Position numbers and translations under genes: made by a program
NCBI GenBank assembly: GCA_001872725.1
Contig: MNWR01000017.1
Location: 1,982-65,981 of the forward strand
From: Proteobacteria bacterium CG1_02_64_396
GTDB lineage: Bacteria; Pseudomonadota; MNWR01; CG1-02-64-396
Direction: 5' to 3'
Length of the DNA: 64,000 nucleotides
Notes under the pieces: model-generated
The model's database searches: none
What the model was told of the DNA's origin: nothing
Seen by the model: the letters and a program-made list of their open reading frames with translations, nothing else
Shown here: positions 11,426 to 19,046 of the stretch, piece by piece
Position numbering within the stretch: position 1 is the stretch's first letter
Layout of the letters: each line of letters opens with the position of its first letter

Positions 11426-11725
11426 GTGTCGCTTCGGCTGCGAATCACCCGACGTGCCGCCGCGCAGATCGAAACGGCGGCGGCTTGGTGGATGCAGCAC
11501 CGTCCCCTCGCCCCCCACGCCTTCACCGACGACCTTGAAGCCGCATTCGACCTTCTGCTGCGCCAGCCTGGAGCCGGAACACCCATCGCCAACGTCCCAC
11601 TGGTCGGGGTACGACGGCTGAATCTGGGACGCATCCGTTACTACCTCTACTACCGCGCCCAACAAAAGGAATTGGTGGTGCTTGCCCTTTGGCACACCTC
11701 GCGTCGCGGTCTGCCCCCCTTGTAA
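11426..11725 (+). CDS. parE: RelE/ParE-family toxin
   Basis: 99 aa with a typical ParE layout (RITRRAAAQIE...YYLYYRAQQKELVVLALWHTSR). GTG start. Confidence 0.75.
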   Translation: MSLRLRITRRAAAQIETAAAWWMQHRPLAPHAFTDDLEAAFDLLLRQPGAGTPIANVPLVGVRRLNLGRIRYYLYYRAQQKELVVLALWHTSRRGLPPL

Positions 11726-11728
11726 GCC

Positions 11729-13051
11729 ATGTCCGAATCCACCATCACCGCTCAGACCATCCGCACCCTCTATACCCCCCTCGACCCCATCGGATTCCTG
11801 GGCGCGGGCAGGGGGTACCGCCGTCCCGGTTATTCCCCCGAGGAGAGCGCCGCCATGCGGGCGGTCGAGCGGTTGGCGCAAGAGGGGGGGCTGGCGACGC
11901 GGTGGGACGGGGTGGGTAATCTGATCGTCGAGCTGCCGGGCACTGCCGAACAAGAGGGATGGGTCGAGACCGGCTCCCACCTCGACACCGTGCCGGGGGG
12001 TGGGAATTACGACGGGGCGGCGGGGGTGGTGGCGGGATTGGCGATGTTGCTCGCCGTCCGGCGGGCCGGATTGCGCTTGGACCGAGGGCTGCGGCTGCGG
12101 GTGTGGCGGGGGGAGGAGTCCGCCACCTTCGGGGCGGTGTCGCTGGGCAGCCGCGCCGCCTTCGGTTTGCTCCCGCCCGAAACCTTGGATGCGACCTACC
12201 AAGGGCAAACCCTGCGCGAGGCGATGGCGCGGGAGGAGGGGCATCCCGACTGGGTGGCAGCGGGGCATCCCGCTATCGACGCAGCCGAACGGGACGGGAT
12301 CGCCGCCTATGTCGAGCTGCACATTGAGCAGGGGCGGGTGCTCGAACAAGCCGGGATCGACCTGGGGATCGTCACCGGGATTCGCGGTTCTGTGCGCTCT
12401 TGGGTGCGGGTGCGGGGGCGCTTCGACCACTCTGGGGCGACCCCGATGGGGACGGCGTACCGCAACGATGTGAATCTGGCCATCGCCCACATGCAGGTGG
12501 CGCTCGACGAATTGCTGCAGCGCCAGGGGGCGGTCGATCTGGTGCAAACCGTCGGGGTGGTCAACAGCCATCCCGACCAGAGCGCCCTGATGGCCGAGGT
12601 CGGCGACAACGCCATCGCCAAGGTGAGCGGTGCGGGGTATTTCTCGCATGAGGTGCGCAGTTGCTCAGGCGCGTTGGCCGAGGATTTCGCCCAGGCCGCC
12701 TTCGGGGTGATCCGTCAGGTGGCCGAACGATTCGGGGTCGCGGTCGAGATCGAGACCTTCAGCCGTTTGCCGGGAATCGAAACGCTCGACCGGTCGGTGC
12801 AGTCGATTTTGGAGGCCGCTTGCAGGGGGTCAGGGGCAAACTGCCAAAAACTTTCCAGCGGGGCGTGGCACGACGCGGCGGTGGTGGCGGGGGTGCGGCG
12901 CTCGGATGGTTCGCCCATCCCGGTCGGGATGCTCTTCATCCCTTGCCGGGATGGGATCAGCCACAACCCAGCGGAATTGGCCTCGGACCGGCAGATTGCG
13001 GTGGGGGCGAATGTGTTGCTACGGGCGATGGTGGGGTTGGCGCAGGGGTGA
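11729..13051 (+). CDS. M20-family Zn-dependent amidohydrolase (N-carbamoyl-amino-acid / allantoate amidohydrolase type)
   Basis: 440 aa. The motifs GSHLDTVPGGGNYDGAAG, EEGG-type region and SGAWHDA are typical of the hydantoinase/carbamoylase amidase family. Confidence 0.8.
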   Translation: MSESTITAQTIRTLYTPLDPIGFLGAGRGYRRPGYSPEESAAMRAVERLAQEGGLATRWDGVGNLIVELPGTAEQEGWVETGSHLDTVPGGGNYDGAAGVVAGLAMLLAVRRAGLRLDRGLRLRVWRGEESATFGAVSLGSRAAFGLLPPETLDATYQGQTLREAMAREEGHPDWVAAGHPAIDAAERDGIAAYVELHIEQGRVLEQAGIDLGIVTGIRGSVRSWVRVRGRFDHSGATPMGTAYRNDVNLAIAHMQVALDELLQRQGAVDLVQTVGVVNSHPDQSALMAEVGDNAIAKVSGAGYFSHEVRSCSGALAEDFAQAAFGVIRQVAERFGVAVEIETFSRLPGIETLDRSVQSILEAACRGSGANCQKLSSGAWHDAAVVAGVRRSDGSPIPVGMLFIPCRDGISHNPAELASDRQIAVGANVLLRAMVGLAQG

Positions 13052-13092
13052 CCCTCGGCCCAAATCCAACCGCCCTCCTCCGCCCAACCACC

Positions 13093-13200
13093 CTTCACCC
13101 TAACCCCCTCCCCAGGCCTGGGGAGAGGGGATATTCGCGCCACCGGATCGAGGCCCCCCCTCGCCCCCTCAGGGGGAGAGGGTCGGGGTGAGGGGGCCAC
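13093..13200. repeat. Pair of GC-rich imperfect hairpins (CCCTC.CCCC..GGGGAGAGGG type)
   Basis: CCCCTCCCCAGGCCTGGGGAGAGGGG and CCCTCGCCCCCTCAGGGGGAGAGGG lie in a 330-bp non-coding gap. Confidence 0.6.
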
Positions 13201-13383
13201 CCTACCGGGAAGACTGGTGGTTTCGGGTGGGCTTTGGGGGCCGTATGCCCCCTTCGGGCGGCTTGCTCCGTCGTCTGCGCCGTTCTTCCCCGACCAAAAG
13301 GCGGCCACGACGGAGCGTGGCCCTCCAAAAGCCTCCGACCCTGCTACCATCGCCGCCCCGCCCCCCAACCCAAGGCCCAGCGC

Positions 13384-13617
13384 ATGAACGACAACCCCCA
13401 ACCCAACAACCCGCTGCACGGCGTCACCCTGGAGCAGATTGTCGTCGCCCTGGTCGTGTATTACGGCTGGGAGGGGCTGGGGCGGCGGATCGACATTCGC
13501 TGCTTCAACGACAACCCCTCGGTGCAGTCGAGCCTGAAGTTTTTGCGCAAAACCCCGTGGGCCCGCACCAAGGTCGAGGGGCTTTACATCGCCATGTTGG
13601 GGCACGGCAAACGGTAG
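13384..13617 (+). CDS. VF530/DUF2132-like small protein
   Basis: In-frame ATG 13384 of ORF 13234..13617. The sequence [25 protein letters not shown]...[16 protein letters not shown] matches the DUF2132 pattern as I recall it. Confidence 0.65.
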   Translation: MNDNPQPNNPLHGVTLEQIVVALVVYYGWEGLGRRIDIRCFNDNPSVQSSLKFLRKTPWARTKVEGLYIAMLGHGKR

Positions 13618-13682
13618 AAGGTGCATGGCGGTGTTCTGAGGAGACGCGCCGCATCCCATCCCCACCTCCCTCGCCCCCAAAA

Positions 13683-13712
13683 AAGAAGGGCCACGACACA
13701 GCGTGGCCCTCC
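13683..13712 (-). terminator. Rho-independent terminator of the OYE reductase gene
   Basis: The minus strand reads GGGCCACG-CTGTG-CGTGGCCC followed by TTCTTTTTT, about 30 nt after the stop at 13741. Confidence 0.7.
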
Positions 13713-13740
13713 AACCCTCCACCCCACATCCCGCACGCTT

Positions 13741-14805
13741 TCAGTCCAAATACCCCTCCTTCCCCGGTGCATAGAAGGTGCTCGGATCGGCCTGGGCCAA
13801 CTCAGCCCCGCTTTGCAGCTTGACGACCAAGTCGGCGTTGGCGATGAAGGGGCGGCCAAAGGCGACCAGATCCCCTTTGCCCGCGTCGAGGTCGGCGTTG
13901 GCCCGCACGGCGTCGTACCCCCCCGAAAGGATGTAACGGCCTTTGAAACGGTCCCGAATCATCGCCGTGACGGCCGGATCAAGCGGCGGCGCCCCCATCG
14001 AGCTGTGATCGACCACGTGGATGTAGACCAACCCCAACGCGCTCAGCTCGGCGACCAACGCCTCGTACATCGCCACCATCTCGGGGTCGGGGGTCATGCC
14101 GTTGAAAACCCCGAAGGGGGAGATCCGCATCCCGACCTTGTCGGCGCCGATGGCGGCGACGCAGCCCTTGGCGACCGCCACCGCAAAGCGGATGCGGTTT
14201 TCGATGCTACCGCCCCAGCGGTCGTCGCGCCGGTTCGAGGCGGTGTTGAGAAACTGGTCGATCAAATAGCCGTTGGCGCCGTGCAGCTCGACCCCATCCA
14301 GCCCCGCCTCGACGGCGCAGCGGGCGGCGTGGGCGTACTCCTCGACGGTAGCCAGTATTTGCGCCTCACTCATCGCCTCGGGGGTGGCGTTGGGCTGCAT
14401 CCCGGCGCCGTCGGTCCACATCTCGCCCGGCGCCGGAAGCGCCGAGGGGGCAACCAGCTTGGCCCCCTCGGGCAGGTTGGTCGCATGGCCGACCCGACCC
14501 GAGTGCATCAACTGCACAAACATCCGCCCCCCCGCGCCGTGCACCGCCTCGGCCACCTGCCGCCACCCCTCCACTTGCTCGGGGGAATAGATCCCCGGCA
14601 CTCGGGCGTAGCCCAGACCGTTGGGCGACGGCGAGGCCCCCTCGGTGACGATCAACCCGGCATCGGCGCGGCGCCGGTAGTGCTCGGCAATCATGGCGTT
14701 GGGGGTGTTGCCGAGGGCGCGGCAGCGGGTCATGGGGGCCATGACGACGCGGTTTTTTAGCTCGATGGCCCCCAGTTGAATCGGAGTGAAGAGGGTGTTG
14801 GACAT
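13741..14805 (-). CDS. Old Yellow Enzyme family alkene reductase / NADH:flavin oxidoreductase (NemA-like)
   Basis: 354 aa, with LKNRVVMAPMTR, HSGR, HGANGYL and RWGGS motifs. Confidence 0.9.
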   Translation of the reverse strand: MSNTLFTPIQLGAIELKNRVVMAPMTRCRALGNTPNAMIAEHYRRRADAGLIVTEGASPSPNGLGYARVPGIYSPEQVEGWRQVAEAVHGAGGRMFVQLMHSGRVGHATNLPEGAKLVAPSALPAPGEMWTDGAGMQPNATPEAMSEAQILATVEEYAHAARCAVEAGLDGVELHGANGYLIDQFLNTASNRRDDRWGGSIENRIRFAVAVAKGCVAAIGADKVGMRISPFGVFNGMTPDPEMVAMYEALVAELSALGLVYIHVVDHSSMGAPPLDPAVTAMIRDRFKGRYILSGGYDAVRANADLDAGKGDLVAFGRPFIANADLVVKLQSGAELAQADPSTFYAPGKEGYLD

Positions 14806-14922
14806 GGACGACTCCTTGTGGGCAAACGGTGGCGGCCCGAAACGGGCAAAAACTGGGGGACGAGCATAGACAACCGGGCAAGCGTCGGCACCCCCTACCC
14901 CCCGCCTCGCCCAGCCGTTAGC

Positions 14923-15104
14923 CTAAGGAAGCGCTGATTTAATAGCGCTTCCGAGCGGCCCAGGGATGGGCCGCCAAAATCAGGAACGTAAGCGACCGAT
15001 TTTGAAAGCGCAGCCAAAACGACGCCGCCTCAAGGCGCCTACTTTTGGTTTTGGCGAAGCGTGCCGATTCATAGGCAGGAGGCCTTGAATCAGCATTTCC
15101 CTAA
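14923..15104. mobile_element. MITE-like repeat family 1, copy B
   Basis: The left end is CTAAGGAAGCGCTGATTTAATAGCGCTTCC and the right end is CTTGAATCAGCATTTCCCTAA. The shared core is GGCCCAGGGATGGGCCGCCAAAATCAGGAACGTAAG. Confidence 0.75.
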
Positions 15105-15137
15105 TCGCTCCCGAGGAATCTGCCTAAGGAGGCACGT

Positions 15138-16178
15138 ATGGAATCGCACCGCCGCTCCCCCCTGTTCGCCGCCGCCGCCCTGGTGATCGTCATCGCCGGG
15201 ATGAAGGCGGCCGCTCCGCTGCTCATCCCCTTTTTGCTCGCCCTGGCGCTGGCCATCGTCGCCGCCCCCGCCCTCTTTGCCCTGGAGCGCAAGGGGCTGG
15301 GGACCGGATCGGCGCTATCGCTGGTGATCCTGGGGATCCTGCTGGCGGGGGGATTGGTGACGGCGCTGGCGGGCAGCTCCCTCGACAACCTAATCCGCGA
15401 CCTGCCGACCTACCAGGAGCGACTGCGCCACGATACCGGAGGGCTGATCGACTGGGCGGCGGGGATGGGGATCGAGGTCTCCAAGGCGCGGATGTTGGAG
15501 CTGCTCGATCCGGGGGCGGCGATGAAGCTGGCGACCTCGATGCTCTCGGGATTGGGCGGCGTGCTCACCAACGCCTTTTTGATTTTGCTCACCGTCATCT
15601 TCTTGCTGCTGGAGGCGGCCCATCTTCCCGCCAAGCTACGGGCCGGCATGTCGGATGCCCAGGGGTCGCTCGACCGCTTCGAAACCATCGCCGCCCAGGT
15701 GCAGCATTACGTGGCGCTCAAGACCGCCACCAGCCTGGCGACCGGGGTGCTGGTCACCGGATTTCTGGCGCTGCTCGGGGTCGACTACGCGGTGCTCTGG
15801 GGGGTGCTGGCTTTCCTGCTCAATTTCGTCCCCAACATCGGCTCGATCCTCGCCGCCGTCCCCGCCATCCTCATCGCCTACCTGCAACTCGGCCCCAGCA
15901 CCGCCCTGGGGGCGACGGCCGGATACCTGGCGATCAACACCGTGATCGGCAACGTGGTCGAACCCAAGGTGATGGGTCAGGGGCTGGGGCTTTCGACCCT
16001 GGTGGTGTTTTTGTCGTTGGTCTTCTGGGGCTGGGTGCTGGGACCGGTGGGGATGCTGCTCTCGGTGCCGCTGACCATGGTGGTCAAGATCGCCCTGGAT
16101 GCCGGGGAATCGACCCGCTGGTTGGCGATTGCATTGGGGGCGGGGGTGGCGGCGCAGAAATCGGAGCCGCAGGGGTGA
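15138..16178 (+). CDS. AI-2E family transporter (PerM/YhhT-like)
   Basis: 346 aa and polytopic, with the LNFVPNIGSILA motif. An AGGAGG SD lies upstream. Confidence 0.85.
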   Translation: MESHRRSPLFAAAALVIVIAGMKAAAPLLIPFLLALALAIVAAPALFALERKGLGTGSALSLVILGILLAGGLVTALAGSSLDNLIRDLPTYQERLRHDTGGLIDWAAGMGIEVSKARMLELLDPGAAMKLATSMLSGLGGVLTNAFLILLTVIFLLLEAAHLPAKLRAGMSDAQGSLDRFETIAAQVQHYVALKTATSLATGVLVTGFLALLGVDYAVLWGVLAFLLNFVPNIGSILAAVPAILIAYLQLGPSTALGATAGYLAINTVIGNVVEPKVMGQGLGLSTLVVFLSLVFWGWVLGPVGMLLSVPLTMVVKIALDAGESTRWLAIALGAGVAAQKSEPQG

Positions 16179-16244
16179 GCGCCTGCTTCAATCGGATGGA
16201 TTCGGCTGTTGTGCTTGCCAACCCTCCCCCCAACCCCGCCTGAC

Positions 16245-18794
16245 ATGCCCACCCTCTCCTTCCCCGGTTTCGACCCCCAGCAGACCCCCGGCCTGAGCCG
16301 GGCCGAGGCGGCCGCCCGGCTGACGCGACACGGTCCCAATGAACTCCCCTCCGCCAAGCCCCGCGCCACTCTGATCATCGCCCTGGCGGTGGTGCGCGAA
16401 CCGATGTTTGTGCTGCTGGTTGCCTGCGGCCTGCTTTATCTGGCCCTGGGCGATCCCGGCGAGGCGGCGATGCTGCTCGGCTTCGTCGTCGTCGTGGTCG
16501 CCATCACCCTGATCCAAGAACGCAAAACCGAACGGGCGCTGGCGGCGCTGCGCGATCTGGCCTCCCCCCGCGCCCTGGTCATTCGGGACGGGGAGGCGCT
16601 GCGTATTCCGGGGCGGGAGGTGGTCCCCGGCGATTGGGTGGTGCTGGCCGAGGGGGATCGCATCCCCGCCGACGGGGTGATGCGCTGGGGGCTGAATCTG
16701 AGCGTCGACGAATCGCTGCTCACCGGCGAATCGGTGCCGGTGCGCAAACAGGCGACCCGGGACGACCCGCCCCCACAAGCGCCGGGGGGGGACGACCTGC
16801 CCTTCGTCTATTCGGGGGGGCTGGTGGTGCAGGGGCTGGGGATCGCCGAAGTCGCCGCCACCGGCCTTGAGACCGCCATGGGGAAGATCGGGGTGCAGTT
16901 GCAAACCCTGAGCGAGGAGCCGACCCCGCTGCAAAAAGAGATTGGACGGGTGGTGCGGCTGCTCGCCAGCGCCGGGGCGCTGCTCTGCCTGGCCCTGACC
17001 CTGGGCTACGGCTGGGTCCGGGGCGATCTGCTCCAGGGGCTGCTGGCGGGGCTGACCCTGGCGATGGCGATCCTCCCCGAGGAGTTCCCGGTGGTCCTCA
17101 CCGTCTTTCTCGCCCTGGGGGCGTGGCGGATTTCGAAAAGCCGGGTGCTGACCCGGCGGATGCCGGCGGTCGAAACCCTGGGGGCCGCCACGGTGCTGTG
17201 CGTCGACAAAACCGGCACCCTGACCGAAAACCGGATGCGGCTCGCCGCTCTAGAGGTCGAGGGGGAGCGCTGCGACCCGACGGGCGACGGCCTGCCCGAG
17301 CGCTTCCACCCGCTGGTCGAGTTCGCCGTCCTCGCCAGCCTGCGCGACCCCTTCGACCCGATGGAGCGGGCGATCCGCAGCCAAGGGGAAGAATGGCTGG
17401 CCGCCAGCGAGCACCTGCACCACAGCTGGGAGATGGTGCAGGAGTACCCACTGACCCCCGAATTGCTGGCGCTCTCGCGGGTGTGGCGGGCACAGGGGGG
17501 GGCGTTGACCGTGGCGGCCAAGGGGGCCCCCGAGGCGGTCGCCGACCTGTGCCACCTGTCGGCCGAGGCGCGCAGCGCCCTCGACGCACGGGTCGAAACC
17601 CTGGCCCGCGAGGGCCTGCGGGTGCTGGGGGTGGCGCGCGCCGCCATCGCGGGGTGCGACCTACCGGAGCATCAACACGCCTTCGATTTTGAATTCTTGG
17701 GATTGATCGCCCTGGCTGACCCGCTGCGCGACTCGGTGCCCGCAGCGGTCGCCGCCTGTTTAGAGGCGGGGGTGCGGGTGGTGATGATCACCGGCGACTA
17801 CCCCGCCACCGCCAAGGCAATCGCCCAGGGGGCGGGACTTCCCCATGAGGCGAAGATCCTCACCGGCCCCGAGATCGAAACCCTCGACGCGGCCCAGTTG
17901 CAGGCCCGAATGTCGACGGTCGGCATCGTCGCCCGGGCCGTCCCCGAACATAAACTGCGCATCGTCCGGGCGCTCCAGGGGGCGGGGGAGGTGGTCGCCA
18001 TGACGGGGGACGGGGTCAACGACGCCCCGGCCCTGAAGGCGGCCCACATCGGGGTGGCGATGGGAGGACGGGGGAGCGATGTGGCCCGCGAAAGCGCCGG
18101 GCTGGTGCTGCTCGACGACGACTTTGCATCCATCGTCCGGGCGGTGGCGCTCGGACGGCGGATCCACGCCAACCTGCGCAAGGCGATGGCCTTCATCCTG
18201 GCGGTCCACGTCCCCATCGTCGGGCTGTCGTTGCTGCCGGTGGCGCTGGGTTGGCCGCTGCTGCTGGCTCCGGTCCACATCCTGTTTTTGGAGCTGATCA
18301 TCGACCCGGCCTGCTCGATCGCCTTCGAGGCGGAGCCGGGCAGCCGCGCCTTGATGCGACGCCCCCCCCGCGATCCCAACGCCCCCCTCTTCGACCGGCG
18401 CATGGTCCTCATCGCCCTGTTGCAGGGGTTGGGGGTGTTGGCGGTGGCGCTGGGACTCTTCGCCTGGGGCTGGCTCCAGGGCCGCCCCGAGGACGAGGCG
18501 AGAACGCTGGCCTTCACCGCCCTGGTGGCGGGCAACCTGGGGCTGATCCTCACCAACCGCTCCTGGTCGGGGAGCTTCTGGACGGCGCTGCGTCGGCCCA
18601 ACCCCGCCCTGTGGTGGGTGGTGGGGGGAACCCTGACGGCGCTGGGAGTGGTGCTTTTCATCCCCCCGGTCACCGCCCTGTTCCACCTGGCCCCCCTGAC
18701 CCTCCCCGAGCTGATGTTGTCTGTGGCTGCGGGAGGCGGCTCCCTGCTCTGGTTCGAACTCTACAAACCACTGCGTCGCACCCACTTCGTTTAA
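16245..18794 (+). CDS. Cation-transporting P-type ATPase (type II, Ca2+/Mg2+-like)
   Basis: It has TGES, the DKTGTLT phosphorylation site, MITGD and TGDGVNDAPAL. ATG 16245 is preferred over TTG 16209. The stop TAA lies inside the terminus of MITE copy C. Confidence 0.9.
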   Translation: MPTLSFPGFDPQQTPGLSRAEAAARLTRHGPNELPSAKPRATLIIALAVVREPMFVLLVACGLLYLALGDPGEAAMLLGFVVVVVAITLIQERKTERALAALRDLASPRALVIRDGEALRIPGREVVPGDWVVLAEGDRIPADGVMRWGLNLSVDESLLTGESVPVRKQATRDDPPPQAPGGDDLPFVYSGGLVVQGLGIAEVAATGLETAMGKIGVQLQTLSEEPTPLQKEIGRVVRLLASAGALLCLALTLGYGWVRGDLLQGLLAGLTLAMAILPEEFPVVLTVFLALGAWRISKSRVLTRRMPAVETLGAATVLCVDKTGTLTENRMRLAALEVEGERCDPTGDGLPERFHPLVEFAVLASLRDPFDPMERAIRSQGEEWLAASEHLHHSWEMVQEYPLTPELLALSRVWRAQGGALTVAAKGAPEAVADLCHLSAEARSALDARVETLAREGLRVLGVARAAIAGCDLPEHQHAFDFEFLGLIALADPLRDSVPAAVAACLEAGVRVVMITGDYPATAKAIAQGAGLPHEAKILTGPEIETLDAAQLQARMSTVGIVARAVPEHKLRIVRALQGAGEVVAMTGDGVNDAPALKAAHIGVAMGGRGSDVARESAGLVLLDDDFASIVRAVALGRRIHANLRKAMAFILAVHVPIVGLSLLPVALGWPLLLAPVHILFLELIIDPACSIAFEAEPGSRALMRRPPRDPNAPLFDRRMVLIALLQGLGVLAVALGLFAWGWLQGRPEDEARTLAFTALVAGNLGLILTNRSWSGSFWTALRRPNPALWWVVGGTLTALGVVLFIPPVTALFHLAPLTLPELMLSVAAGGGSLLWFELYKPLRRTHFV

Positions 18795-18995
18795 GGAAGC
18801 GCCGATTGATTAGCGCTTCCGGGCGGCCCACGGATGGGCCGCCAAAATGGTGCACCGTCGTAGGAGGCGACCCGTCGCCGAAGCTCTGCCGATGTTGCAA
18901 ACGAAGCAAAAACCATCGCCGCCTCATGGCGCCTACTTTTGGTTTTTGCGTAGCGTCGCTGAAAAAGGCAGGAGGCCTTTAATCAGCGTTTCCTT
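18791..18995. mobile_element. MITE-like repeat family 1, copy C (full-length archetype, one hairpin module)
   Basis: TTAAGGAAGCGCCGATTGATTAGCGCTTCC ... GTAGGAGGCGACCCGTCGCCGAAG ... TTAATCAGCGTTTCCTTT. Confidence 0.8.
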
Positions 18996-19046
18996 TGTGA
19001 TATTTGACGTAGACCCAATGGTCCCATGCTCGGCTGAGGTGGAAGT

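Noticed and set aside
11309-12649. Long antisense ORFs (for example 11309..12649, 9693..10991, 17760..18785, 39230..40279, 46570..48375, 55140..56489, 59636..61033)
   Set aside because: Each lies opposite a gene with clear family motifs (amidase, TypA, P-type ATPase, hydrogenase small subunit, cyclase, RsmE/membrane ORF, Rho). Their Arg/Gly/Pro/Ala-rich products are typical of stop-codon-poor antisense frames in high-GC DNA.
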